DNA of 64,000 nucleotides from an uncultured Nitrospiraceae bacterium (GCA_963730935.1 CAVSTP010000004.1:1024001-1088000), one strand, 5' to 3'; shown: positions 39,070 to 49,568, counted from the stretch's first letter. Notes: a model not told the origin generated them from the sequence alone. Made by a program: numbers and translations.

Positions 39070-39504
39070 CTATACGTCGACGACCACTGTGGCTTTCCAG
39101 AGCGAGCCCTCCTGCACCACCCTGTAGAGATGTCTCGTAATACCTTTCACATCATTGCGCAAGGTTTGCAGGGTATGATCAACCGGGGCGCCAATGAGAG
39201 AGGCCTCGATCGTCCACTGCCCCTTTTCGTGACTCAGGCTTAGCGGCGCCTCGTGGAACACGACCCCGGCCGCATCCTTCCAATACACGATTTCCGACAA
39301 CCACTCAATGAGGAGATCATCCAGTGCGGCATCTATCTTGACGATCCGTCGCTTCCAAGAGGCGCCCACGGTCTGCGGATCGGCCATCGTCTCGAGAAGG
39401 GCACTCGTGGCCCCTTGAAACAGGTCCTCAATCGAGTCGCCTTCAGCTTCGAACGCGATGTCGGCCAGAGCAACATCTTCAAGAAACCGGAAATCGTACG
39501 ACAT
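39070..39504 (-). CDS. Archease (RtcB activator)
   Basis: FLEDVALADI, WLSEIVY, DVKGIT.H, C-terminal VVDV; adjacent to rtcB. Confidence 0.9.
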   Translation of the reverse strand: MSYDFRFLEDVALADIAFEAEGDSIEDLFQGATSALLETMADPQTVGASWKRRIVKIDAALDDLLIEWLSEIVYWKDAAGVVFHEAPLSLSHEKGQWTIEASLIGAPVDHTLQTLRNDVKGITRHLYRVVQEGSLWKATVVVDV

Positions 39505-39614
39505 GGGGGACCTGCCAGAGAAACGGTACGGGAGTCCCGTCCGACATGCATGTGTGGTGCGTTCAGGACCTGAACGACGAGGGACCGTTGATGACAGTCC
39601 GGTGGAGCAGGCGG

Positions 39615-40760
39615 TTAATCGAGCTCGAACGTCTTGGGATAATTCGTGAGGTTCCGGCAGCCGTCGGCGGTCACCAAGACCATGTCTTCGATCCGAACGG
39701 CGCCCAGGCCCGGATAGTAGAGGCCGGGCTCGACGGTAACGACGTGGCCTTCCAGCAGCAAGGAGCCCGTACGGCTGATGCGGGGGGCTTCATGGATATC
39801 CAGTCCGACACCATGACCTGTGCCGTGGAAATAGCCCTGCATGCGCCCGTTCACCAAGCCAGTCTTGTAGCCGGCCTTTTCGAACCGGTCGCAAATCCCC
39901 CGGTGAATCTTCATACCGTCGGCGCCGTCACGGATTTTCGTGATGGCTTCTTCCTGTGCGTCCAGCACGGTCTGGTAGAGTTTCCTCAGTTCCGGACTCG
40001 AGGTGCCACGGATCACAGTCCGCGACATATCGGCGAAGTAGCGTGAGGACGCCGACCGCGGGAAGACGTCGAAGATGATGCTGCGATGTGCCGGCAAGGG
40101 ACCGCTCCCTTCATTATGCGGATCACAGGCCTGTTCCCCACCCGCCACGATGGTATGTTGCGCGACGCAGTCGCGCTCCATCAGCTTCACGTTGATGACC
40201 TTCTTAATCCGTTCCGAAGTCAGCACGCCGTCCTCCAGCGACAACTGCCCATGCTGGATCGTCGCCCGCCGCAGCAACTCATGAGCGGCGGAGACGGCGT
40301 CCTCGGTCGCCCGCTGCGCCTCTTCGATGTGACGCACTTCTTCCGCGGTTTTGACAACGCGCTGTTCGTAGAACGGGTCCGGTTTGGCATGCACCTGATA
40401 GCCGAGTTCCTGGAGCCGCGCCGCGTGGCTATACGGAAAGTTCGCGGGAACCAACACTTGCTTGATCTTGGCGTCCCGCAGCACCACGTGCACAATGTCG
40501 ACGCTGCCCGGCGTGGCCACGCCATGGTCCCTCGCTCGGCGCTCGATCTCCGAATATGACAACACGCGATCGACCGCGGCCTGGCTCTTGGCCCGATCCA
40601 TTTCCAGATCGTTCATGATCATCAGGCGCTCGCCCTTGATCTCCAAATAAATGAAGGGGTCCGGCGCGATGAACTTGGTGGCGTGGTAGAGGTTTGAATC
40701 CAGCTCGCTGGCTGCGATGAAAACCGTGGCTTTATGCGCTTGTGACGGCGATCGAGACAT
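39615..40760 (-). CDS. Xaa-Pro aminopeptidase (M24)
   Basis: PH, D..., YFADMSRT, HGTGHGVGLDIHEAP, TVEPGLY, VRIED. Confidence 0.93.
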   Translation of the reverse strand: MSRSPSQAHKATVFIAASELDSNLYHATKFIAPDPFIYLEIKGERLMIMNDLEMDRAKSQAAVDRVLSYSEIERRARDHGVATPGSVDIVHVVLRDAKIKQVLVPANFPYSHAARLQELGYQVHAKPDPFYEQRVVKTAEEVRHIEEAQRATEDAVSAAHELLRRATIQHGQLSLEDGVLTSERIKKVINVKLMERDCVAQHTIVAGGEQACDPHNEGSGPLPAHRSIIFDVFPRSASSRYFADMSRTVIRGTSSPELRKLYQTVLDAQEEAITKIRDGADGMKIHRGICDRFEKAGYKTGLVNGRMQGYFHGTGHGVGLDIHEAPRISRTGSLLLEGHVVTVEPGLYYPGLGAVRIEDMVLVTADGCRNLTNYPKTFELD

Positions 40761-40842
40761 GAGACCGTGACTTACTCATTGGCATCCACACGAGTGCCGT
40801 TGTGAGCCTTGTCGCGGAATGTAGCATGGGGTCCGCGGAGGG

Positions 40843-43800
40843 TCAAGGAACCGCCGGAGTAGCTTCCGCAGGAGGAATGGAGTCCTTCGACACCGTCTTG
40901 TTATCGTCCGGCGTCACCAAGTCAATCGGGAGCATGACCGTGTTCTTCAGCAAATCGACCGCCAACTGGGCGAGGCCGCTGACGCCGGTGGCAAAGGACT
41001 TCATCGGCAGGTAGGTGACTTCGGGATCTTCGATGGCCCCCTTGACCGCAAACATCGCCGTCGCAACCCCCTTGCGTTCGCCCGCGAACAGACGCCCAAA
41101 CAACGGGATCGTCTTCAAAAACTGCGAGTACGATCCGAAAGGACTCACGGCCCAGACCATATCCACCTGATCGGTGGGGAGATCGTAGTTGCCCGCCGCG
41201 GTGATTTTTACGATCGGGCTGTCGATGATGAGATTCTCGGTTTCAAACAGGCCATTGCGGATCGTGACGGTCGCCGTGATCCTGTTATAGGGCAGTCCTT
41301 CCTTCTCCAGATCCACCTTGCCTTGCAGCACGGCCGGCAGGTTCAAGATGCTAATGATCTTCCAGATGGCTCGTTCCTCTGACTTGAAGATCCGGCCGTT
41401 CTCAAGCAGAAGATCGGTCTTGCCGTTGAGGGTCGGATAAATGCCATGGGGGTTGCGTCCGTGCCCGCGCACGGTTCCGGTCACACGAGCTTCGCCGGTG
41501 ACGCCTCCTTGTTTCGAGCCGGCCAACCGGTAGATGTCCTCAACCAGCAGCCCGGTCGCACGCAACGAAATTTCAGCGTCGGCGGGCTCTCCGCGCGGCA
41601 ACTGGACGACCATTCGGCCAGCGATGTCTCCGTTGGTGGACTGTCCCGACAACCGGTCCAGATCGAGGACGCCGTCCTGGATGGTCAGTCGCGCGGAAAG
41701 GGCGCCGAACTTCAGATGCTTGTAACGGCCTCGCGCGATGGAAGCAGTCGCCTGGACCTTACTGGTCGCCGCCAGCCATTCGAGCAGATCCCGGATGGGC
41801 GCACGCTGCCCTTTGGGAATCAGGAGATCAATGTCCATCTGGTTGGACTCCATTTTCGCCGTGATGGCGGGTTTGGTCGTCCAATTACGCATGGTCCCTT
41901 CGAGCGTGAGGTCACTATCCATGAGGCGGAACGAGAGACGCTTGAGCTCGGCCGTGTCGCGCGCCAATAGCAACCGTACGTACAGATCCTGAATTGGTCC
42001 GTCGGTCCCCTTCACCGTCATTAATCCGTTGTTCAGCGCCAGCCAGCCGGTGGTTTTCCACGTCCGCCAATCTCGATCTTTTCCCTTGATGTCCAGCGAG
42101 AGTTCAAGATTGCCTGCTTCAAAGCCCCCTTTGGCAATCCACTCCGGGACCGTCGACAACGAGACCGTGCCGGTGGCAAACGCGGCGTCGATGAGGAACT
42201 TATCGCCGAGTTGGATTTTCCCTTTGATGGGCAAGCGGAGCGGCGGCACAGAGAGTTCCACCCGGCTCAACGTGACCGTCTTGGGCTGAAGAATATCGCC
42301 TTCGAACGCGATCGTCACCGGGGCGCCGGTCGGTTTCTCAAGGACATTGGGAATGGTGACCCTGGATTCCGTCAATCCGACTTCCCCGCGCAAATGCGGC
42401 TTGCCGGTGGCGCCTGTGACCACGACGATGGCGCTGGCCAATCCTTCTATCGCTCCGTCAGGCAGAGCTTTGGTCGGCAAGAGCTGCGTCATATGCACGG
42501 CGTCTCCGCTGACGCGAACCGCCAGGTCACGGAAGACGCTCCCGCTGCCGCCGGTGATGCCGCCTTGCACCTGGACGGTCAGATCGCCGAGATGCGCCGT
42601 CACCTGATCGAACTGGGTCTCCCCTTCGGCCAAGACAAAGCGGCCTTGCAGCGCCGTCAATCGCTCGGGCAAAAACGCACTCGTCAGGTTGACGTGCTGC
42701 GCCTTAATTTCGCCGCCGGCGAAGGTCACCGCGGTCGGCGGGCCGACCAGGCGAAAGACCGGCATGGCCATGCCTTCGACGTCTCGCGAGGAGGCCAGCA
42801 CGCGGGACAACAGCTCGGACTTGACCGTCGTGGCAAGAAACTGCAAGAGATCGGCCGCCGCCATCGTGCCGCTGATTTCCATCTCCACCCAGGGCCCTTG
42901 CTCGAGAAATGAGAGCTGGCCCTTGCTGTCCATCATGTGAATCGTCCCGTACAGCCCGCTCAGCTTGGACATGCGAATTCTTCCCGCTTCCACAATGATC
43001 TGCGCGTCCAAATCCTTCGCGGGCACGCGGCTTTGGCCGAGCAGGGCCTCTCCCTTTTGCAAGTGGAACTCTCCCGTAACCGCCAGTTGGGGACCACCTA
43101 CGGAGGAGCCGGTCACGGTGGCTGATATCACTTCGACGACGCCCTTGATCCGGCGTTCTTCCATGATTGAGGGGAGCTGCGGATGGATCCAAACCGGTGG
43201 AATCTTTGAGACTAAGTCGTCGATCTGGATCGGAGAAGCCGAAAACGTCACGGCAAAGGTCGGCTGAGGCGCGAGCAGACCGGAAAGGCTGGCCTTGCCG
43301 GTCACGACAAGTTGGTCCATGTTGCCGGTCAGATCCGAGAGCAGCACGTCGTACCCGGCGACGCCGGGAAAGATCTTGACGGAGCTGCGGGCGTTCACAC
43401 GCCCCTGCAATGAGTCCGGGACCGGCCGCGGACCGAAGAAATCTGCTGCCTCGCGGAGACTCAAATTGGCCGTCTCCACCAGCCCATCAAATTGAATCGG
43501 AAACACAAGTCGCTTGGCCACCTCGTTGGCCAGCGTCTGCTGCTCGGCTTTCCGAATGGTGCCCGATAAGGACAGCGCGGAAAGTCCCTGGGCGCTGTGG
43601 TGCGACGCGGAAAAATGCAAATCCGCCTGCCCACGCTCGAGAAAAATCTCCAACGCGGCTTCAACGGACTGCAATTTCAGCGTCCGCGGACCGTCCGGCC
43701 GGGCTTCATCGATGATGACGACCGTGCCGTTCACCAGGGTCGCCTCTCGAATGCGGAAGATTCGAGTCAGCATCTGCAGCGCTTCCTCGTCGCTCGCTGG

Positions 43801-44196
43801 ATTGGGCCCGTCTCGCTCCAGCAGGTTCCAATGCCCTGAACGATTCCGGCGCAGCGTCAGCATCGGCTCTTCAATGCGGAGTCGTTTTCCGACCACCTGT
43901 TTCCGCAATAACGGCACAAGGCGCAGCACGAGATCCAGTTTCTTCGCCGACAGCAGCACCCCTTCCTGGTCGCGGTCATGGATGACGATCTGCGTCATCT
44001 CTAGGCGGATCGTGGGAAACAGCACGAGCTTGACGCGATGGACATCGATCTTGTGGCCAAGGTTCTGCTCGAGCTGGTGAAGAAAAAAGTCTTTGAGATA
44101 GTCTTCACCGGTCAGGTACGGAGAAAACCACAGGAAGGCGACACCGCCGATCACCAGCAGCGCAATAAGGGTGACGACCACTCGTGTTAGGGACAC
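40843..44196 (-). CDS. AsmA-family (YhdP/DUF3971-like) bridge-like envelope protein
   Basis: N-terminal TM anchor and AsmA N-domain (P.L.L.RN..G.WN), long beta-rich body, C-terminal AsmA_2 (KTIPLFG, F.VKG.IEDPEV). Confidence 0.85.
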   Translation of the reverse strand: MSLTRVVVTLIALLVIGGVAFLWFSPYLTGEDYLKDFFLHQLEQNLGHKIDVHRVKLVLFPTIRLEMTQIVIHDRDQEGVLLSAKKLDLVLRLVPLLRKQVVGKRLRIEEPMLTLRRNRSGHWNLLERDGPNPASDEEALQMLTRIFRIREATLVNGTVVIIDEARPDGPRTLKLQSVEAALEIFLERGQADLHFSASHHSAQGLSALSLSGTIRKAEQQTLANEVAKRLVFPIQFDGLVETANLSLREAADFFGPRPVPDSLQGRVNARSSVKIFPGVAGYDVLLSDLTGNMDQLVVTGKASLSGLLAPQPTFAVTFSASPIQIDDLVSKIPPVWIHPQLPSIMEERRIKGVVEVISATVTGSSVGGPQLAVTGEFHLQKGEALLGQSRVPAKDLDAQIIVEAGRIRMSKLSGLYGTIHMMDSKGQLSFLEQGPWVEMEISGTMAAADLLQFLATTVKSELLSRVLASSRDVEGMAMPVFRLVGPPTAVTFAGGEIKAQHVNLTSAFLPERLTALQGRFVLAEGETQFDQVTAHLGDLTVQVQGGITGGSGSVFRDLAVRVSGDAVHMTQLLPTKALPDGAIEGLASAIVVVTGATGKPHLRGEVGLTESRVTIPNVLEKPTGAPVTIAFEGDILQPKTVTLSRVELSVPPLRLPIKGKIQLGDKFLIDAAFATGTVSLSTVPEWIAKGGFEAGNLELSLDIKGKDRDWRTWKTTGWLALNNGLMTVKGTDGPIQDLYVRLLLARDTAELKRLSFRLMDSDLTLEGTMRNWTTKPAITAKMESNQMDIDLLIPKGQRAPIRDLLEWLAATSKVQATASIARGRYKHLKFGALSARLTIQDGVLDLDRLSGQSTNGDIAGRMVVQLPRGEPADAEISLRATGLLVEDIYRLAGSKQGGVTGEARVTGTVRGHGRNPHGIYPTLNGKTDLLLENGRIFKSEERAIWKIISILNLPAVLQGKVDLEKEGLPYNRITATVTIRNGLFETENLIIDSPIVKITAAGNYDLPTDQVDMVWAVSPFGSYSQFLKTIPLFGRLFAGERKGVATAMFAVKGAIEDPEVTYLPMKSFATGVSGLAQLAVDLLKNTVMLPIDLVTPDDNKTVSKDSIPPAEATPAVP

Positions 44197-44475
44197 CTCA
44201 ACATCTCCGCTGTGAGCCACCGACAGGCATCGCCTGTTGACAATATTCGGACCGCATCGGGACGAACGCCTGAGGGAACGCGTCCCGCATGAGAGGTGAA
44301 TCGGTGAGCAGATTGTTTAACAGCCCGAACCTCATCTTACCGAATCAGTCTCGTGAAAGCTAGAAAGCCCGCGAACCGACAGGTGATTTTGACGTTTGTA
44401 CTTTCGAATTCTCCTGGTGAGCACGCCGAAGACCCGCTATAATCGCCGCGGCTTCTCTGTATCTGCACTCTCATC

Positions 44476-45756
44476 GTGACTAAGTCGGACCGTACGCGTT
44501 CACTCCACTGGCTGATCCTCGCCCTGCTGTTCGGCACGAGCGTCGTCACCTACATCGATCGAGTGAACATTTCCGTCACCGCGCGTCAGATGATGCCGGC
44601 CTTTGGCCTGACGCAGCAGCAGATGGGCTGGGTCTTCTCCGCCTTCGTCACAGGCTACGCCTTGTTTCAAATTCCCGGAGGATGGCTTGCGGACCGCTTG
44701 GGCGCCAGAGTCGTGCTCACGGGTGCCTTGATCTGGTGGTCGGTGTGTACGGCCCTGACGGCGTTTGTCGCGGCCTCGCCATTGGCCGAAATGATCGGTA
44801 TCGTTGGCGCACTGGTGCTCGTACGATTCGCCTTGGGGCTGGGCGAAGCGGTGGCGCTGCCCTCGTTCAATCGGGCCGTCGCCAATTGGATGCCGCCGAA
44901 CTCCCGTGGCCTAGGCATCGGCATCGCGATCGGCGGAATCGGCTTGGGTTCGGCACTGACGCCGCCCATTGCGGCATGGGTCATGGTGAATTGGGGATGG
45001 CAAACCGTATTTTACCTCTCGGCGGCACTGGGCCTGGTGATGGGGCTGCTGTGGTGGATGCTCGCCCGCGACCGGCCCGATCAGCACCCCTGGGCGTGTG
45101 AGTCCGCTGCTCTCACATACGACAGTGAACAGTCCGACCGCGGGCGGTCCAAGCGTTTCTGGATGTCGCTCCTCAAAAACCCGAATATCTGGTGGTTAGT
45201 ATGTAGCTATAGTTGCCTGGGTTATGTCGCTTACGTGTACCTCTCCTGGTTCTATCTGTACCTCGTGAACGTCAGAGGGTTCGACGAACTCCGGGGCGGA
45301 CTCTATGCTTCGGCCCCCTTCTGGGCCATCTTGATCGGCTGCCCTTTGGGCGGCTGGGCCACAGACCGGTGGGCCGCTACGCAAGGTGTGACTCGCGGAC
45401 GGCTCCTGGCAGGGATGTCGGGAATGGCAGGCGCAGGCTGTGCTATTGCAGCTGGAGCGTTTGCCGACTCCTCACTCGTGGCGATTGCAAGTCTATCGGT
45501 GGGGGCCGGTTGTCTGTACTTCGCCGTTGGAGCCTATTGGGCTTCTACCAGCGATTTGTCCAAAACCCATGCCGGCGTCTTATCTGGGCTGATGAATACG
45601 GGAGCCAATCTTGGTGGAGCCCTTTCTCCGAGCCTGACTCCTTGGATGGCCGCCCAATGGGGTTGGCCGATCGCGCTCGCCGTCGCCGGGGCGGTTGCCC
45701 TTGTCGGCGCGCTCCTCTGGCTTAAGATTGATCCCGCAAAAGCGTTGGACGGTTAA
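44476..45756 (+). CDS. MFS transporter, anion:cation symporter (glucarate-permease-like)
   Basis: YIDRVNIS, QIPGGWLADRLGAR, RF.LG.GEA, WGWQ.VF, GLMNTGANLGG. Confidence 0.9.
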   Translation: MTKSDRTRSLHWLILALLFGTSVVTYIDRVNISVTARQMMPAFGLTQQQMGWVFSAFVTGYALFQIPGGWLADRLGARVVLTGALIWWSVCTALTAFVAASPLAEMIGIVGALVLVRFALGLGEAVALPSFNRAVANWMPPNSRGLGIGIAIGGIGLGSALTPPIAAWVMVNWGWQTVFYLSAALGLVMGLLWWMLARDRPDQHPWACESAALTYDSEQSDRGRSKRFWMSLLKNPNIWWLVCSYSCLGYVAYVYLSWFYLYLVNVRGFDELRGGLYASAPFWAILIGCPLGGWATDRWAATQGVTRGRLLAGMSGMAGAGCAIAAGAFADSSLVAIASLSVGAGCLYFAVGAYWASTSDLSKTHAGVLSGLMNTGANLGGALSPSLTPWMAAQWGWPIALAVAGAVALVGALLWLKIDPAKALDG

Positions 45757-45802
45757 TTCACGGCCATTGCCTCCCGGCGCACGCCCTTGGTAGATTCGTC
45801 CG

Positions 45803-46324
45803 ATGACGATGGAATTCAAAAAAATCGATCCCCGCGTGACGATTACGACGAAGTTCGGCGAGATCAAGATTCGCTTTTACCCTGAGGACGCGCCGCGTCA
45901 CATTGAAAACTTCATCAACCTCATTAAGATGCAGTTTTACGATGGCACGACCTTTCACCGCATCGTCCCGGGGTTCATCATTCAGGGCGGCGATCCGCTG
46001 AGCAAAGAACCGGATCGGCTCAGGCACGGCTCGGGAGGTCCCGGCTACTGGCTGAATCCTGAACTAAGCGATCGCCCGCACAAGCGCGGGGCCATCTCGA
46101 TGGCGAAAACACCACGCGATGGCTCGAGCACGCGTGATTTCAACGACAATGGCTCGCAGTTCTTCATTTGTCTGGCGGACAACAGCGGGCTGGATCGAAG
46201 GTACAGCGTGTTCGGAGAAGTCTTCCGGGGGATGGAGGTGGTCGACAAGATCGCCTCGGTTGCCCGCGACGAGTACAACAATCCTCTCGAACCGATCCCG
46301 ATAACAATCACCGTCAAAGAGTAG
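45803..46324 (+). CDS. Cyclophilin-type peptidyl-prolyl isomerase
   Basis: FY.GT.FHRIVPGFIIQGGDP, H.RGAISMA, GSQFFI, Y.VFGEV. Confidence 0.93.
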   Translation: MTMEFKKIDPRVTITTKFGEIKIRFYPEDAPRHIENFINLIKMQFYDGTTFHRIVPGFIIQGGDPLSKEPDRLRHGSGGPGYWLNPELSDRPHKRGAISMAKTPRDGSSTRDFNDNGSQFFICLADNSGLDRRYSVFGEVFRGMEVVDKIASVARDEYNNPLEPIPITITVKE

Positions 46325-46350
46325 GGCAAAATCCCACCCACTTTTCCACC

Positions 46351-46473
46351 AGGCTGCTCAAACAGGTCATCCAACGAGGCCGCAGGGAGATTGGACAACG
46401 AGGCGTACGTTGTTCAGTACGTTGAGTTGGACAAACGACCGAGAACGAAGTTGGGGACCTGTTTCAGCAGCCT
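46351..46473. repeat. Hairpin repeat element, copy 2 (minimal 123-bp shell)
   Basis: AGGCTGCTCAAACAGGTC / GACCTGTTTCAGCAGCCT (17 of 18 paired); internal AGGCCGCAG, CGTACGTTG and GAGAACGAAG shared with other copies. Confidence 0.88.
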
Positions 46474-46476
46474 AAG

Positions 46477-47718
46477 CTAGAAAAATGACATCGAGGCGTA
46501 GGTCACCGTGGAGTTGTACTGATCGGTGATGCCCCGGTCATAACGCAGCACCTGCCCCTTTTCGGCCTGGATCAGCCGAAGCAGGCAATAGATGGGCGAG
46601 AAGCCGGAAATGCGCCTCTGGTCCTTTTCTTTTTGGATGTAGCCCATAAACTCTTCCGGTTTGAGATCCTCCACGTACTTCAGCATTTCAAGGTCGTACT
46701 GCATGGTCCGGTGAAAGGAAAAATCAGTCGGCGGCGCTTTATCTCCGTAGCGCATGCCCAGGTGGGCCAACTCTCCGGCCGCAATCACGCAGGCGGTTTT
46801 GCCCGATGCCGAGATCGCCTCACGCAAGGCCGCCAAGAACCGGTCGACCGACGCCCGCACGGACGGATCATTCAGGCTCATCGCGGAAAACGATGAAAGG
46901 ACCGGCACGATCGTAGCTGCGCTCGCTGCCCCCGTATTGGTTTGCACAAACGGCAGCTGAAACTCGATCGCGTGCTCGGACAGATGGGCCAAATCTTCTG
47001 AAAAATATTCCGGCACGAGCGCCTTGAGCCGGTCTACGACGGCACGGTCCGCCGGCACGACACCCAGCGGCGTCTCAAAATCCTTGTCCGTTAATGCAAA
47101 GGGCTGCTCAAGTCCGGCATGGGCCGTGCCGATGATGATGAGCACATCCGGTTGTTGAGCTTCCTGCAACTCCTTATACGCCCAGGCATAGATCGGCCCC
47201 GCCTGCTTGAGATCGTAGGTCGGGGCCACCAACCCTTTGATCGGCCTACCCTTATTGGCCGACGGCTTGAAATCCGGCCCTTCCTTCGACGAAAAAAATC
47301 CATCGATCTGCTTTTTGAGCTGAGCGCTGTCCGCTTCGTAGCCCTTGCCGGCAAAGACGGCAGGACGCACGGGGGCCTGCCGGTAGACGGCACGGGCCTG
47401 TTGCTTGGCCTCTTCGGTGAGATCGCCCTCGAGGAACAGTTTGGCTTCAAGGTCCAGGACCAATTGCTCCACTTTGGCCGGCAGCAGAAATTCGCCGAAG
47501 CGCTTGAGATAAAGCGCCCCAATCTGTTGGAGCGAATGGTCGCCGTCGAAATGTTGGATGATAAAAAAATAGTTGAGCGGGAGGACGAGCTTCTCCTTGC
47601 TCAGACCGCTGGGATCCCAGAGGACCACGTACTGCTCCTCGCCCTCCTTGACGGGGGAAAACTGGAGATTCCTCAAGACAGGGTACTGTTTGGGATCTTT
47701 GGCCGTGCCTGTACTCAT
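46477..47718 (-). CDS. MEMO1/AmmeMemoRadiSam protein B-like with PqqD/RRE-like N-terminal extension
   Basis: VRPAVFAG..Y, FETPLG, EHAIEFQLPF, GELAH.G..YGD, STVTYASM; about 95-aa N-terminal beta3/helix domain. Confidence 0.8.
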   Translation of the reverse strand: MSTGTAKDPKQYPVLRNLQFSPVKEGEEQYVVLWDPSGLSKEKLVLPLNYFFIIQHFDGDHSLQQIGALYLKRFGEFLLPAKVEQLVLDLEAKLFLEGDLTEEAKQQARAVYRQAPVRPAVFAGKGYEADSAQLKKQIDGFFSSKEGPDFKPSANKGRPIKGLVAPTYDLKQAGPIYAWAYKELQEAQQPDVLIIIGTAHAGLEQPFALTDKDFETPLGVVPADRAVVDRLKALVPEYFSEDLAHLSEHAIEFQLPFVQTNTGAASAATIVPVLSSFSAMSLNDPSVRASVDRFLAALREAISASGKTACVIAAGELAHLGMRYGDKAPPTDFSFHRTMQYDLEMLKYVEDLKPEEFMGYIQKEKDQRRISGFSPIYCLLRLIQAEKGQVLRYDRGITDQYNSTVTYASMSFF

Positions 47719-47813
47719 GGCGCTGGTCGAAGCAAAGACGGCATTCTAACGAACCGGTTTCCTACCCTGCAACTGTCCAGGTGCGTGTGTGATTGGATCA
47801 CATGCGGGGTAGG

Positions 47814-48563
47814 CTATTCCGGCTGTGACGGGGCGCTCGACGACCTTCGTCCCAAGAGAATCAGCGCTACGACGGTCAGAATGAGCAGCCACCAGGTCGG
47901 ATGGCCGTAGGAGGCATCGGAGAACTCGATAAGGTCCGTCAATCGGCCGATCAAGAGCGACATGCGGGCCATGACGGTGTATCCGAAGGCTGCGCCGAAG
48001 GCGATCATCAGAAAGACGATGCCGGTCCTGGCCACCACTTTACCTGGACCGCTGTGCTCGATCGAGAAGAAGAAATAGAACAGGACGGAACTGACGCCGA
48101 TCAGGATAATAATGGCGTTGAGATTGCTCGCCGGATTGAGCAGGTTCATCGAAAAGGTCAGGCCGTCGCCGCCGCCCATGGAGAGCAGCGGCCTGACGGT
48201 ATCTTCGATCTGCTTCAGGATGAACGATGAAATGGTTCGTGGAATGGCCAGGCCGGATCCGAGGCCGACGATGAACGCGAAGGCGTACCGCGACATCCAA
48301 GCCGCTTTCGGCACGTAGCGCGTCAGCATCAGCAAGCCGATGGCCACCGGAATCAGCAGCGAGATTTCCCCCTGCTCGGCGATCGGCTTAAAGATTAAAT
48401 GCACGATCACGGAATCCCACGTCTTGACAATCGTGTACCCGACCGACACCCCCACATAGAGATGCTCGGCCAGTTTGAACAGCGGATTATCTTTGTACAA
48501 GAAGGAGAAGATAAATAACGTTAACCCTGTCGCCATCCACGCGCCTAGAGTAGTTGCATCCAT
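47814..48563 (-). CDS. Polytopic membrane protein of the GlmL-like cluster
   Basis: About 7 hydrophobic segments; motifs SFLYKDNP.F..AEH..VG and FG..FG..VM.R. Confidence 0.88.
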   Translation of the reverse strand: MDATTLGAWMATGLTLFIFSFLYKDNPLFKLAEHLYVGVSVGYTIVKTWDSVIVHLIFKPIAEQGEISLLIPVAIGLLMLTRYVPKAAWMSRYAFAFIVGLGSGLAIPRTISSFILKQIEDTVRPLLSMGGGDGLTFSMNLLNPASNLNAIIILIGVSSVLFYFFFSIEHSGPGKVVARTGIVFLMIAFGAAFGYTVMARMSLLIGRLTDLIEFSDASYGHPTWWLLILTVVALILLGRRSSSAPSQPE

Positions 48564-48578
48564 CTCACAGTCCCCGCT

Positions 48579-49415
48579 TCACGATTGTCTCTGGCCTTGC
48601 TGGTGCCGAAGCGAAAAGTAGAATAGATTGCAGATCGCGACGAGGACGATGATGGCAAAATGGGTCGCTGACTGCGCATCCATGCCGGCCACCGCACGGC
48701 CCTTTTGTCCAATCAGGCTCTCATATTCCGCTGCGCCGCGTAACCCGCCGATCAAACCGTTGATCTGCCCACTCCGTAGCAGCGGGTAGAGGCCCGGCGC
48801 GATCACGCCTGTGCAGCCACCGCCCAGCTCGAACTTGTATTTATCCTTGCCGAAGACGTACCAGGCCTCAATGCCGGGATTGCCGGCTCCGAGGCTGATC
48901 GCATATGCGACATCCTTCAGACTCTGGACACCCTCCAACACCGGAATACCCTTCGTTGCCTTCCCGCCATAATCGCTTGGAAACGCCGTGTACAAATCCT
49001 GACCCATGTTGATGATGACGGCCGTGCCTCCGGGACTCCAGCCGAGAAACACATAGTCCTTTCCATTCTCTTTGCCCATCTCTTGGGCGACCTGAGTCAA
49101 CAGCTGATCGGCCATGCCGGTGCCCGATACCCACAGCGTCATCGCAACAACCCGAAGATTTTTCCTGAACGCATGACGCAACAAGGCGATGGCCTGGGGA
49201 TGCAATTCCGGCTTGGATGCGGGATCAAAATCGATGGACAGCAGAAACACCGAGCGCTCGGGCAACGCCTCCATATAATCGTAAATGCTGCGCACCTCCG
49301 GTGAAATCTTGATCGCCAGCCCGACGGGATACAACAGCGGCAGCAGCGTACAGAGGCCGATCACCAGGAAGATGATCCGCCGGTCGATTTTTAACATGCG
49401 TTCGGAGAACGTCAT
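48579..49415 (-). CDS. Membrane-anchored protein (TM, soluble alpha/beta domain, TM) of the GlmL-like cluster
   Basis: N- and C-terminal TMs; PY/PL..SGQ..G..GG..GAAEYE-type motif; SD GAGG. Confidence 0.88.
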   Translation of the reverse strand: MTFSERMLKIDRRIIFLVIGLCTLLPLLYPVGLAIKISPEVRSIYDYMEALPERSVFLLSIDFDPASKPELHPQAIALLRHAFRKNLRVVAMTLWVSGTGMADQLLTQVAQEMGKENGKDYVFLGWSPGGTAVIINMGQDLYTAFPSDYGGKATKGIPVLEGVQSLKDVAYAISLGAGNPGIEAWYVFGKDKYKFELGGGCTGVIAPGLYPLLRSGQINGLIGGLRGAAEYESLIGQKGRAVAGMDAQSATHFAIIVLVAICNLFYFSLRHQQGQRQS

Positions 49416-49480
49416 GTCAGTCCTCTTTCCGCTTCCTGCCGTCCATGCATTGCGGGTGGCGCCGCGCGGGGGGACGGTTT

Positions 49481-49568
49481 ACCCATCCACCCCGCCGCAC
49501 TTCTTCCACCCACCCAACCCACCAATTGCTTCGCAATTGATTCCTCGTGACGCGGCTTGCACCAAGCG
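49481..49568. repeat. Repeat module C copy inside the GlmL-like cluster
   Basis: ACCCATCCACCCCG..CCCACCAATTGCTTCGCAATTGATTCC aligns with the reverse complement of 30320-30410. Confidence 0.75.
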
